Part shown: piece by piece, positions 25,501 through 38,319 of the stretch
Position numbering within the stretch: position 1 is the first letter of the stretch
Layout of the letters: every line of letters begins with the position of its first letter
NCBI GenBank assembly: GCA_013239625.1
Contig: MU053588.1
Coordinates: forward strand, 831,988 to 895,987
Direction: 5' to 3'
From: Lama guanicoe
Taxonomy: Eukaryota
DNA: 64,000 nt
Notes under the pieces: generated by a model
Databases searched by the model: none
What the model saw: only the letters and a program-made list of their open reading frames with translations
Told to the model about the DNA's origin: nothing
Position numbers and translations under genes: made by a program

Positions 25501-26773
25501 TTGCAGCAAACCCCAAAATGCTGTGAGGTCAGCCTGTTTCCCACATGAGCAAACCAAGGATCAGAGAGGTGGTGTGACTTGCCCAGGTTCCCACAGCAGG
25601 AACAGGCAGAGCCTAGACTCAGACCCAGGCCTGTTTGCCTCCAGGGCTCCAGCTCTTAACCCCAGGCTGTGCCTCAAAGACTTTCAGACCACAGAATGTT
25701 CTGGAAGGCAGCTCTGGGTCAGCTTGGGGAATGCCAAAGAAGAGAGTGGTGGTCAGAGAGACGCTGGCTCACAAACCAACTTCTGAAACTGGATGATCAG
25801 TAGAAAAGCAAGATGGCAGCAGTCGGGGGGCTCTGCCTTTACAGTGACCTCATCTCTGGATCCCCCCAGTTACCCCATCATGCGTGAGTCCTCTTACCCA
25901 ATGTGAGGAATGAGGAAACCAAAGTTAGGGATATCTGGTGCCAGGCCCTGGAGCGCTCAGGCCTGAGGTCTGCTGCCTGTGGCCAAGCACTTGCCATAGA
26001 GACCTGTCCCTGGGGGTGCTCCCTCTGTGGGACCCCATCCCTCTTGTGTGGCTGGAATCCCTGGTCTGGGCCACCCGCATCTCTCACCTGAACAACTGCG
26101 GGAGCTTGCTCACTGTGTCCCTGCTTCCATGAGGGTCACTTTTCCATCCGGGACCCTTCTAAAATGCAAATCAGGGCGTGGCGCTCCCCAGATCAGAGGC
26201 TCCCCATATGCAAGTCCCCTCTGTGGCTCATAGGTTCCCAAACATCTGCCCCAGCCCCTCCCAGGCCTCACCTCCCACCCCTCACTCCCCTCCCCTACTC
26301 GCCCCTCCCCCCACTCCATAAACTCACCCGGCTTGTTCCCCCCTCACAGCCCAGCGCTTGCTGTTCCCTCTGCCCAGAGCCCGCTTCTACCTGGTGGATT
26401 CCTGCCTTCCTCCAAGTTTCGGCTCAGACTCCATCCCCTCAGAAAAGCCATCCTCCGTCCCTGTCAGCCCCTCTCCATTTACCTGGCTTTATTTTTCTTC
26501 AGCCAGGCTTCCTGACTGGAGTCAGCTCCACATGCAGGGCTGTACCCCCACCAAGAGCACGCATGGCAGAGTCGGTTCCCCGGAGATCTCTGTGGGATGA
26601 GTGAGCGGAGAGAATCAACCTGGTCCCTCTGTCCCACTTTCACCCGGTGAAGCGGAGAAGCTGCCTGTGGTCACTCGCCCAGTGGCGGCGGCACGGCCTT
26701 CTTGGGTCAGGACAGCTTTGGGCAGCGGCGCGAGCCTCCCAAGACCCCTCCGACCCTGACCCTCTCATTCCAG

Positions 26774-26939
26774 GCAGGTGGACAGCAACACGAAAAACGT
26801 CTTCGGGCAGCCGAGGTTGAGGGCGTCCCTCCGAGACCTCCGCTCCCCCCGGAAGAACTACAAGTCCACCATCGAAGATGACCTGAAGAAACTCATCATC
26901 ATGGACAACCTGGCGCCCGAGCAGGAGAGAGACGCTGGG
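26774..26939 (+). CDS. SIPA1L3: SIPA1L3 coding exon (QVDSNTKNVFGQPRLRASLRDLRSP...STIEDDLKKLI)
   Basis: ctcattccag acceptor, ggg|gtacgt donor; SPAR-family STIEDDLKKLI motif; 166 nt, phase 2 to 0. Confidence 0.96.
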
Positions 26940-27799
26940 GTACGTAGAGGCTGCCCTGCCCTGCCACTCACTGAATCAGGCAGGCCTGGGAGCCGTGGGA
27001 GGGCGAGGCGGGAGGACTGGTCCCTGCGCTCACTCCTGCCCTCCCTGCCCATGGCCTCTGCCCACAGCACCTGCCAGCCTGTTTGGGTGTGTGTGGCCAG
27101 GATATCACGTTGGTCAGGGAGAAGAGTACAGTATAAGCTGGCCTTGGCAGGCACAGGGGAATTTACTCCACACCAGTACCTCACGGGACTGAAAAGGGAT
27201 GCTCTTACTGGCTTTCGTGTAGTCCTCCTGAAGCCCACAGGGGAAGCAGCCCCCACCCACCCGAACCGCAGGGACCAAGAGGGGAGGAGAGCTGCCCCGG
27301 GGGCCTCCAGGCCCTTGTCACCCAAGAGTGGGGGAGGCCAAAACAGCAGACGTCCTTAGTCCCTCACTCCACTGCTCCTCCTCCCTCTTGTCCCTGCCTA
27401 CCCCCAGCTACATGCTCAGGCAGGCACTCTCTCTTGGGGACCTCGGGGGCCGCAGTCTGTCTGGGGTTCTCTCCCAGCAGCACGAGCACTGGGGGCAGCC
27501 AGTGCTCAGTCCCTAGTGTGCCCACATGGACTGACTTCCAGTGCTCCACCTTGGGTCACACCACCTTCCCTGACCTTGCCCGGAGCTGGAGGCTGGGATC
27601 AGCCCAACAGAACCATGTGGGCCGCTTGTGGGGGAGGAGGAACCCCCAGGGGGAAACTGGGGTGTGTTGACCAGAAAAGGGTAGAAATGGATGTTGGGTG
27701 GGTAAGGACCACAGACATCCCAGATGGGAAGAAGCCACTACTGAGGACAGCAGCCATGGGCCTGGCTGTGACCACGTCCGGTGTCCCCTGTCTTGGCAG

Positions 27800-28043
27800 C
27801 AGTCACCACAGAAGAGTCTTCAGCGGACGCTGTCGGATGAGAGTCTGTGCAGCGGGCGTCGGGAGCCCAGCTTTGCCAGCCCCGCCAGCCTAGAGCCCGG
27901 CCTGCCCAGCGACGTGCTCTTCACCAGCACCTGCGCCTTCCCCTCCAGCACGCTGCCCGCCCGCCGCCAGCACCAGCACCCCCTCCCGCCCGGCGGCCCC
28001 GGTGCCATCCCTGCCACCGGCAACGGCTTCCCAGAGAAGAAAT
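27800..28043 (+). CDS. SIPA1L3: SIPA1L3 coding exon (QSPQKSLQRTLSDESLCSGRR...FPEKK)
   Basis: CAGCAG tandem acceptor, t|gtgagc donor; LQRTLSDES motif of SPAR C-terminal region; 244 nt. Confidence 0.95.
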
Positions 28044-31000
28044 GTGAGCCCAGGCACCAAGGGGGTGGGAAGCAGGGGGGGCGAGCTCGTGGATCACCTG
28101 GAGGTCAAAGGCTGGAGGTCATCTGGGTCACAGCCAACTGAGGGCAGGAACTGAAGTGCACTGGGTGTTACCCACAGAGCAAGGGGTCTCCCCAGGGTCA
28201 TCTCAGAGTCCAGAGCGCCCAAGGATGGGGGCCACCTGAGACCAGAGAGAGGATGTTAGCCTTTCCAAGTGCAGGCTAGAGGGCTCAGCGCCAGGGCCCT
28301 GAGGATCAGGGGTTTGTGTTAGCTAGCCTCCAGCCTCAGCTCCCTGTTCTGGCACCAAGCAGATTGCCTCGTAATTATTTATTTACCTACCTGACTTCCC
28401 CCAGGTCGGCCAGCTCTTGAAGGGAGGGGGTGTGGCCCATGTGCCCCTTTATTCACCCAGCAAATACTTACTGCAGAGGGTGCTGTGCACATGGTCCCCA
28501 TCAGAAAGCCATGTTCTGGCTGGGGTTAGCTGTGCCTTCAGTCCACCCTGTACTCCGTTATCCACAACCCCAAAGGCTCTAAAACTGAAAGGCAGTGAGG
28601 TTTGGGCCAAGCTCACTGGGCAGCAGTGTCCCACCTGCATGGATATGAAGCTGTTTGTGGTCCTTCTTTACCCCACTTGGTGTGGACGATCAGTTGCTTC
28701 GTTGAGGGATGCTTGTGTGGGATTAGGGGGTGTTGCCGACCTTTCCGCTTGTGTTCTGTGAGTTCGGCACATCATGCTTTCTCAAATCCAAACACGTCTT
28801 GACTTCAGAGATGTGTCTACCCCAAGGGTTTCAGCCGAGGGGCTGTGCCCCTGTGTCATCTAGTCAGAGCCTTTTGTACACTTCAGGGGATGGGGTAGAG
28901 GAGGCTCTGGGACTATTTTGAGGGGTTCTATCTCCCCTTTTAAAATTCTTTAATGGCTCCCCATTACCCTAGTGTCTTGAGTCCATACTCCCTGCCCTGG
29001 TGTTTTGGGGCTTCCACCCTTGGGCCCCACCTTAGTCCCTCTGCTTCATAGTACCCTCCCTTATATCCTCCGATCCCCCACTCTCCCTCCTCAGGGCATT
29101 CTACATGGCTGTTTCCTCTTCCCGCCATGCTCTTCCCCCGACCCTATTCCTGGTAATTCACTCCTGCTTCTTCTTCAGAGCTTTGCTCAGTTATTGCTCT
29201 TGCCAGGAGGTCTCCCTTAAGCTCTGGGCTGGGTCGCCTCTCCCATCTTAAACTCTAGAGCACCTGGTTTGCCCCTCTGTTTACCCCTTCATTCCACAAC
29301 TGTTTCCTGAGCACTTGCTCCAGGGCAGGCTCTGCTCTGGGCACTGGGCACACAGCAGCGAGAATGTCAGAGCATCCCTGCCCTGGCAGGGCTAAATTCC
29401 ACTGCAGTTCCTCTAGCTTCCCTAAGTTCTCTCTGTGTCTCCTTCCTTTTGCCTCTCATCTTTGCTGCCCGGTCTGTGCCAAAGGCAGGGCCTGGCCCAT
29501 TGTAGGTGTTTGACACATTGTGAGGAGAAGACGAGAGAGGGGCCAGGACAAAGATGGTGTGCACGGAGATCACAGACCCAGACAAGGCAGACAGAATGCC
29601 CTGGACTAGCTCTGCCTCATCCTTTCAGTCTCAACTAAGATGCTGCTGCCTCCAGGAAGTCCTCCCTAACTAGACGGAGTTAGGCACCTCCTCTGGGCCC
29701 CCGCAGCCTCCTGGCTTGCATCATCTATCCTGCTCACTCTGCCTTCTGTTTCTCCATCACAGCCCCACTCAGCCTGGGCTGTCACTCTGGGAATGGGTCT
29801 GGGTCACTAGGGTGACAGCAGCCCAGGGTTCCTGTCTCACGGAGCACACGCATCTCTTTGCCCGTCTGACTCTCCTGTTCCCCCTAAACCAGAGAGAATC
29901 CCATCTTACCTCTGCATGGCCGGGGCCCTCAGGTCTCTCCACCCCTCCACGCCTGCTCAAGAGCCCTTCCCAAGCCACATCGGGGTGAAGAGATGCCGTC
30001 GGCTGGGCCTGGGACTCGCTGATGAAGGGCCCTCCTGCCAAGGAGCCTCTCACAGCAGCGCCTGCTGAGCACTTGCTCGGCAGTGGCAGCTGCTCCCGCG
30101 GCCCCCACCCGCTCAGCGGGGACGCACTAGGAGGCTGGAGAGCATGGAGGTCAAGGGCTTGGCATCCTTCCTGCCTTGTTTTTCTTCCGAGCGCTCATTC
30201 ACTCGGCAAATGCTTACAAGCACCACACGTCCTGAGAGCTGGGCAGCCCAGGTCCTGAACTCAGTCATAACCACTCCGTGCCTGTAAAATGTGGGCAAAA
30301 ATAGCACCTACCTTACTGGGTTCATCCAAGAATCGAACAAGTTAATAGGTGGAAACACTAAGCTCAGTGCTTGACGTGCAGTAAGCCCTGAGGGAACACT
30401 GGCTATTTATGCAGTTTTTTGTTAGTACTCCAGTCACCAGGAACAGGCACGTTAATCTGTCATAAGTCAGCTTTGTGCCTCTGGACTAGAGAGCAGGGTT
30501 GAAATAGAATGTCAGCAGGGACCTTCTGGACACCAAAGCCATGTGGGGTCGGGCTTAGAACAGGTCAGCATAGGACCCTGCATGTCACATCCAAGGGCCA
30601 CCACAGGTGAGAGCAATGTGGGCAGGACAGCGTCCCACTCTGAGCCTCAGTTGCTGCCCCCCCACTCCATAACACGGGGTCATGACAGCATCTCCTTCCT
30701 GGCTGACTGGACGTGTGGCCGAGATGTCCCCCGTAGCACCCAGCGTGGTGCCCAGCGAGGGGGTGCAACCAGGGGACATGGAGCAGCCCGAGTCACCGCC
30801 TGACCTCTGTGCTTCCCTGTCACCCTCAGTGAGCTGAGTGAGCTGGCACGGCGGACTCACCCTGTCTGTGCAGCAGATGCCACTGCCGGCGCCGCTCTCA
30901 TGTCTGTCACTATCAGCACCTGCGACTTCAGGGGCCTCTTTTCTCTGCCCAGTGTGTCAGACCTGACTCGACCAGGTCTCCCCACAGGGACCCTGCCCCA

Positions 31001-31966
31001 TCTCAACACCGTCCTTACACTGAAGACCCATGTTGTGACTTCAGCCTGGCACCCTCCCCTCCCCTCCACTCCAGACTCACGTGGCCAGTGCCACACCGCT
31101 GTCTCCTTGCAGGTGTCTGAGGCATCTCACACTCCACACCTCCAGAAACTACTTTCTGATCCCACCCCCAGTCTTCCCTACCACCCACCCCATCTCAGTG
31201 CCAGCTGCCCGATCATGAAGTCACCCTGGACCCTTCTCTCCGTCTCACACCCATGTCCACTCTCAGGAAATACTGTTGACCCCACCTTGCTCTGTCCACC
31301 ATCATCTCCCTCCTGGACCATCGCAGCAGCCTCCTCACTGCCTGCTCCCCGCTCCCTCCCCTACCCCCCCCCACAGGCTCGTGCCCCACAGGAAGCCAGA
31401 GGGACCCTGTGCACACCCGCAACAGGTCACATCCCTCCCTGCTCAGAGCCCTGTGGTGTCTCCATCTCAGTCAGGGCAGGAGGCAGAGTTCTCATCACAG
31501 CCCGCAGAGCCCTGCACAATCCAGCCCTCTCGTTTCTTTGACTGTCTCTCCCACTGCTCTCTGTCTCTCCCTCTGTCGCAGCCACAAGGGCCTCTTTGGT
31601 GTTCTTCAAACCACTTTCCCGCCTCAGGGATTTTCACTGACTGTCTCATCTGCCCAGAATGCTCTTCCCTCAGGTGCCCTGCTCACTCCCTCCCTTCCTT
31701 CAGAGCTTTGTGCAAAAGCCATCTTCTCAGCGAGGCCCCCCAGCATCCTGCAAGGTATACCCACTTCAGTATCCGGCACCCCAGCCCCTTACCCTGCTGG
31801 ATGTTTTCCCTGGGCGAGTATCATCTAATAAGTATAATGTATTTATTTAAGTAGAAATGTGTGTATATGTTATATAATCGTATTCAGAGTGTGACACAAT
31901 GTGTTGATTTTTCTGTCTCTCTCACGTTGTCACTCACCGAACTCCCGGCTCTGCTCTTCCCACCAG

Positions 31967-32110
31967 CCACCATCTCAGCCTCAGAGCTCTCACTGGCCGA
32001 TGGGCGGGACCGGCCACTGCGACGCCTCGACCCAGGGATGATGCCACTGCCTGACACGGCTGCCGGCCTGGAGTGGTCCAGCCTGGTGAACGCAGCCAAG
32101 GCATACGAAG
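31967..32110 (+). CDS. SIPA1L3: SIPA1L3 coding exon ([10 protein letters not shown]...[23 protein letters not shown])
   Basis: ttcccaccag acceptor, g|gtaggt donor; PLPD..LEWS.LV.AAKAYE SPAR motif; 144 nt, phase 1-1. Confidence 0.96.
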
Positions 32111-34625
32111 GTAGGTGCCACCCACTCAACCCCGCCAGATCCCTACACCCTGCTCTGTTCTGGAAGGATCCACAGAGGGCCTTGGAGCTTTGAAGGGGAA
32201 GCATGCTCCAGTTCCAGAATTAGGGGGAGCAGGGTTCACATCCTGCCCTGTGCCTTGCTCACTGTGCAGTCCTGGGCCGGTGTCTTCATCTCTCTGGTCC
32301 CCCCAATTACTCTGTGACTAGACCCACTGCCTGGGGCCACAGGGAGGAGTCCATGAAATAGCATGTTGCCCAACTGAGGGGGTTGCCCAGATTGTGAGAG
32401 ATAGCTGGCAGTCTTTGCCATTTCCATCCCATGTGACCTTGGACAAGCGGCTTTACCTTTTAAATCTCAGTTTCCTCACCCGTCAAACCTTGACAGACAC
32501 GAATGTACTCTTCTGGCTCATTTTTCATCTTATAAGCCACAGCTTTACTGTTCCTTCTCCAGAAAGCTCTCCTTGATATCCCTTAGTCCAGATCAGGCAC
32601 CTCCTCTGGGTTCCTGTAGCCCTGACCCCTCTACCTGTGCCCTTGCTCTCTGATTATGGTTATGTCTCCCGGCAGGACCTGGGGCTGTCCCTGTCACCAC
32701 TGGGTGCCCAGCACAGCTCTGGCACAGAGCAGAATGTATTCACCCAGACCCATACAGTACACATCCTTCTTTCTTGTTTTCACGTCTGAGCCAGTCCACA
32801 TCTGGCGAGTGGCCCCAGAGGAAGCGTCCTTCCTCCTTGGCTTCCATTGGTTGCTTCCATCCCATCCTGCAGTGGCCTCTGGCCACGAGGTGAAGGCTGT
32901 CAAGCCTCCGGTAGGGTGAGGGTGTATAGGGTGGGAGGGAGAGCGACAGAGCATACGAGGCCCAGCCTCAGGGCTACCCCAGCTTCACACTCCAGAGCTG
33001 TAGGAGGGGAGGCTGCCAGGCAGTGGTCCTGTGCTACTGAGGCCCGGCAAGCTCCGTGGGGGACGGGGTTGCCCAGTGGTACTTCCTGAAGGAGCTGACT
33101 CTGTAGCCACAATGACATTACGGAGCATCTGCTCTGAGTCAGCAGGTTGTTGCTTTACAAACATCACCTCTTCTAATCTCTGGTCTGAGGGAGGTAGTAG
33201 GATCCCATTTACAGGTGAGGCAACTGAGGCTCGGCTGCCGCAGAGCCACCTGGCCAGGCTGCATGCCTTTCAGCGTGTGCAGTTGGTCATGTGTATGTCA
33301 GTGAAACCACAATAAGCTGTTTTTAAAAAGTAAAGGAGAGGAGTGATCAGGGGAATAAAAAAAGCCGAGAGCACAGGAGAGGGAACTGGGGTCTGCCGAA
33401 AGTTGTTGAACCTGGTGATGGGTTCGCGAGGACCCATGGTGCTCTTTTCTCTGTTTTGGGGCCTGTTTGAAACAGTTTTGATTAAAGTATTTTCAAAGAG
33501 AATAAACACTAAATCCAAGATGGAAAATAACAGCTACAAAGGATGTTATTCAGAGAACTGGGGAAATTTCGAGGTGAGCATCTATTAGGCAGTAATACCG
33601 TATAGATGTTAAATTTCCTGAGTACGAGGTTGTGTCACGATACTATAGGAACGCGCCTTTACTTTGTGGAGGTTCGTAGTGAAGTATGCAGAGGTGAACC
33701 AGGATGCCGGCCATTTCCTCTGCAGTGGCCAGGGAGTCGGACAGGCGCCCACGCACATGATGGGGGAGGGAAAGTGTGGCAAGACGTTAACAGTGGGTGG
33801 GTCTCTGGGCGGGCGTTGAGCTTTCACCATGCTCTTCATCCAGCACAGAGATAGAGAGTCGAGTGGGAGCCTGCCTTTGCCAGGTGGTCGGGTCCTCTCC
33901 CTACAGGGGCCACACGCAGCCCCTCCTCCTGGCTGTTCACACCCCGCATGTTCCATTGTCTGGGGGTCCTAGGGCTCAAGGCTCCAGCTCCTTTGGGGGC
34001 ACAACAGGCTCTCCCCACTTCTTGCCCTTTCAGAAAGATCCCCTCACAGCCCCATTTGAAAGTGTAGGCACTTGGCCCCTCCCGCGGAGCCAGTCACGTG
34101 TCTGGAGAGGGACCCCGGAAGCCCCCTCCCCCAGATTTCTTTTCTCTCTTAAGGATACATGATATTCTCTGTTTCACTTTTCTTTTTGCTCTTGAAATTT
34201 CACAGACGTTCTCAGAGCTAGAGTGTGATGAACCCCCACGTCCCCATCACCCGGCGTCAGCCCCATCCACTTCTGGCCATCTTTCCCATACCATTTATTT
34301 ATGGACGAAACCGGGTCATTTCTGCCCAGTTCGGGTGGTTGCATCCCCACGCTGCATTTAAGTTCTTTCTCTCTCTCTTGTATTTTGTGTAAACTGGTCG
34401 TTGGGTCTGGAGGCTTGCTTGGAATCAGGACTGGTTATTGTTATTTGTGTCCTGAATTGGCTTGGTTTTCTGGCAAGAATCCATCCTAAATGCCTGTGTG
34501 ATCTCACCCAAGTGTGGTTGGGAATGTCCTGGAGGTTTGCGGGGCGGGGTTAGTCATTTGGGGAGAGGGGGTGGCGTGAAGAAGAGCCAGGAGCCCTGCT
34601 GACCCCCTTCCTCTTTCTCCCGCAG

Positions 34626-34761
34626 TGCAAAGAGCAGTCTCGCTCTTCTCTCTGAATGACCCAGCTCTGAGCCCAGACATCCCGCCTGCACACAGCCCTG
34701 TGCACAGCCACCTGAGCCTGGAGAGGGGGCCCCCGACCCCCAGGACCACCCCTACCATGAG
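34626..34761 (+). CDS. SIPA1L3: SIPA1L3 coding exon (VQRAVSLFSLNDPALSPDIPP...RTTPTM)
   Basis: long pyrimidine tract + cgcag, ag|gtgagg donor; 136 nt, phase 1 to 2; not in the ORF track. Confidence 0.94.
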
Positions 34762-36580
34762 GTGAGGCTTCCCCGGGAGCACCCAGGGGCCTGGCAACCC
34801 AAGTCCCTGCAGGCAGTTAAAGAGGGTCACCAGGCGAGAGGCCACTGTGCAGGGCACCCCCACTGCCCCCACAGTGGTAGCTGAAGGAGTGACCACCCCT
34901 CTCACCTAACAGACTTTGGACCAATCCACATGCTGGGGCCCACCAGGGACCAAGTCAGGGGTGGCACCATCCTCCTGGACACTGTGATCAGTACTTCCAC
35001 AGTCGCTTCACTGTCAACTGTGGAAAACACTAACTACTGCCCCCACCAGTCCCCCGCATTCCCTGCTCTCTGCCTCACGTCTGTCCCCTCTGAGTCCCTG
35101 CTCCCAGCCTTCAGCCTCCCTGCTGTCTGCTCCTGGGTCTCCTCCCCTGCAGATTCCTCAATTATGCACATGTTCCCCTGACAGCTGCCTCTCACCTCTT
35201 CCCTGGCAGGCCCCGCGCTGGGCTGTCTGGGGACCCAGAGGTGACAGAGGCCCTGCCCTCACAAGGCTTCTGGGGCGGAGGCAGACAGGGAGGCAGACAC
35301 TTCCCATTTGTCATCTCACATTTAGTGCCACATGTTTGACTGAGCTAGCTGGGCAGAAAGCAGAATGACTGAGAGGGAGAGAGGAAGGAAATGGCATGCT
35401 TGCATGTCTGTGGATTTAAATAGTGCATTTCACACTCATCTGCACACTTCACCATGTAGGGGTGTACATACAACAGTCGTGCGGTGTACTTTGTGGGCAG
35501 TTCAGGTGATTTCCAATGGTGATTTTGACTCTTCTTGTTTTTTGCTTCACACACTGGCTTTAGAGCTCAACCTCCACCAAAGGTGTGGTCCCGTTTACTT
35601 AGCAGAACAAGGCAGTTACTGATGGGGTGCCACAGCAAGGGCAGGAACAGGGTGGGTGTGGAAATGGCAGGGCCCGTTACCTCCAGGGACACTCCTGGAT
35701 TCCTTTCACCCCTGAACTGGTGACCCCCTCCTACCTCACCCTGCAGCTGCAGCTCCCCAAGATGCAGGACCAGGCAGGGAGGAAAGTGATGGGAAAGGCA
35801 GGAGGGCCCAGTCCTCTCTCCTCCATGGGCTGAGACCCCCCACCTCCCTCCCCAGCACCCCCACCGGATGTATGTGTCCCACAGCACCCAGTGGAGCCTT
35901 CCGCTGGAAGGTGCTGCCCGCTCTTCTCAGCAGGGGCCAGACAGGCCCCAGGCTGGGAAATCTGCACAGAGCAGGAGCCACAGGCTGGGGGCCTGGGTGC
36001 AGCGTCTCTGCCTTAGCCTGGGTTTTGCCTCTGTCCAGCGGGTAACAGGCCACAGCGAGCCGGAAGTTCCGTCAAGCTGAGACCTCACACGGTACAGGGT
36101 GGGTAACAGACAGGCTATTATCACAGTCAGTGTCATCATTATTCCTGTCCACAAGTCAGGCCATGTTCATCTGCACACTTAGGTGCCCCAAGAGCTAGAA
36201 TAGCAGCTGGGTCTGCCGGTACTCAGTGTGGGCTCACACGCGATAGGGGTTTCTCCTTCAGGCACACGTGTGGTCCATCCTCGGGAGGAATGCACACTTT
36301 AGGGCAGGTACACACACAGCTTTCAATGGGCCTGGTGCTCCCACAACCCCCATCCAGATCCACAGGTGTGCCCTCACCAGGTAGAGCATGGCCAGCAAGA
36401 GGGCTGGCTTCCCTCAGAGCTTCCCCTCCAATCCTCCCCCAGGACTCCAACAAGGAGAGGACTTCCCAGACCCTCAGGGACAAGAGGGGCCTGTACCCCA
36501 AGTTCCTCCCAGCTGTGGGCCAAGAGCCCTCCCTGGAGTCTGGTGGGCCTCTGATCTAACCCTGTCTCCTGTCTCCCCAG

Positions 36581-36662
36581 CGAGGAGCCGCCCCTGGATC
36601 TGACCGGCAAAGTGTACCAGCTGGAAGTGATGCTGAAACAGCTGCACACGGACCTGCAGAAG
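36581..36662 (+). CDS. SIPA1L3: SIPA1L3 penultimate exon (SEEPPLDLTGKVYQLEVMLKQLHTDLQK)
   Basis: gtctccccag acceptor, aag|gtaggg donor; start of the C-terminal coiled coil. Confidence 0.95.
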
Positions 36663-36828
36663 GTAGGGCTGCCGGGCCGCTGCCTCAGGGCACTTGCCTC
36701 CCTGTTTCACTTCCTGGCCTCTCGGGCCAGGGAAACTGCGGTACCTGCCCCCGCCCCACCTCGTGTGGTCTCGGGGAGGCCACCCAGCTTTGAATGTAGT
36801 CATGAGTGAAAAGTAAAAGGTGATAGTA

Positions 36829-36978
36829 GAGGGGAGGGTAGAGCTCAGTGGCAGAGTGCATGCTTAGCATATACAAGGTCCTAGGTTCAATCCCCAGTAC
36901 CTCCAGTAAAATAAATAAAAAATACATACGTAAATACATAAACACAAATAAATAAATGCTAAATATATTAATTAATTA
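36829..36978 (+). mobile_element. Camelid tRNA-derived SINE
   Basis: gggagggtagagctcagtggcagagtgcatgcttagcat...ggttcaatccccagtacctcc + A-rich tail; flanking aaaaggtga repeat. Confidence 0.85.
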
Positions 36979-38175
36979 AAAGGTGACAGCAGCAAAGGCT
37001 GGTAAGCACACAGAGAACCTCTCTTACATTCTTGGAGGGAGAATAAATTGGCCCAACCTTTTTGGAAAACAATCAGACACTATTTATCAAAACTATACGA
37101 CCCAGCAGTTGCACCGTGGGAACTCGTCCAGCAGAATTTCAAGCACAGATACTGAGAGGTCTGTGGGCAAGGATGTCTACTGCTGGCGATAAAAAACTGG
37201 AGCCAGTGCAGCTGTCCGTCTGCAAGAGAAGGGTTATGTACATGACAGGACACCCATGCAGCAGAATATTCTGCTGCTGGTTAAAGTCAGAGCAGAAATC
37301 TATGTATTTACAACATACAAAAGAAGTCTGATAACTCCAGTGAAGAACTAAGCAAGCTCAATAAAAAATAAATAAATAAAGGCTAACTCCCACTGAAGAA
37401 AAACTAAGAACTGCAGGACTGTTTGCTGGAGCATCGTCATGCTTCAGAAATGTTTAACATCCACGGGTCAGAGGGATATCTAGACGGCGACATTCCACAT
37501 CGTCCCTTGTACTTACCTCCAGGGTGTGGAAGAGTGAGGAAAAGTCAGACTGGAAGAGAGTTGCACTTGTTATTTTATATACTTTCGGGCAAAAGGCCAA
37601 AAGGTGGCAGAGTGTAACGTGGGAGTCTCAAGCCCAGGACTCACAGGGGCCCAGGTTCAAATCCCACCCCCAACTTAGTGCCATGTGGCCTTGCACAGAT
37701 CACTGCCTTGGCGTGTTGCGTTCTCCTGGGAGGGCGTCTCGGAGGAGGCAGTGGTGCCTGGACAGGCAGCCCTGCGTCCACATCCCAGCCCCCAACTTGC
37801 TGTGGGAGGCTTGGCCTCCTCTTCTGGGAAAGCGGGTGTAACAGCAGCCCCCAGGGCCCTGGGTGGCTGTGAGGGAGCAGTGAGGTGATCCCAGTTATAC
37901 GGTGATGTTGGTCACACGGTTACTCTGCGTCAGGCTGCGTTCTAAGAGCTCAACCTGTGTGACCTCAGGGAAACCTCTCAACCACCCCCCTTAGAGCGGA
38001 GGAAACTGGGGCCCCAGAGAAGAAGTGGCTTGCCTGAGGTTACCCAGCTGTTGAGAAGCAGAGCTGGGATTTGATCGCTGGCAGCCTGGCTCCGGACCAC
38101 GGCCCAGCCAGGGCGCACAGGCCCCGGGGAGCCATTCGCAGGGCACCCCGCTGACGCCCAGCCCCTGCCCCGCAG

Positions 38176-38319
38176 GAGAAGCAGGACAAGGCGGTGCTGC
38201 AGTCGGAGGTGGCCAGCCTGAGGCAGAACAACCAGCGGCTGCAGGAGGAGTCACAGGCTGCCAGCGAGCAGCTGCGCAAGTTCGCCGAGATCTTCTGCAG
38301 GGAGAAGAAGGAGCTCTGA
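38176..38319 (+). CDS. SIPA1L3: SIPA1L3 last coding exon ([26 protein letters not shown]...FCREKKEL*)
   Basis: cgcag acceptor; coiled-coil heptads; TGA at 38317-38319. Confidence 0.96.
   Translation, partial: EKQDKAVLQSEVASLRQNNQRLQEESQAASEQLRKFAEIFCREKKEL

Noticed and set aside
30900..31854. 213-aa and 192-aa ORFs
   Set aside because: Overlap a decayed L2 element; no homology recognisable
36829..36905. tRNA-like sequence with A and B boxes (also at about 1055, 60271, 61590, 61962)
   Set aside because: Followed by A-rich tails and flanked by TSDs; these are SINE heads, not tRNA genes
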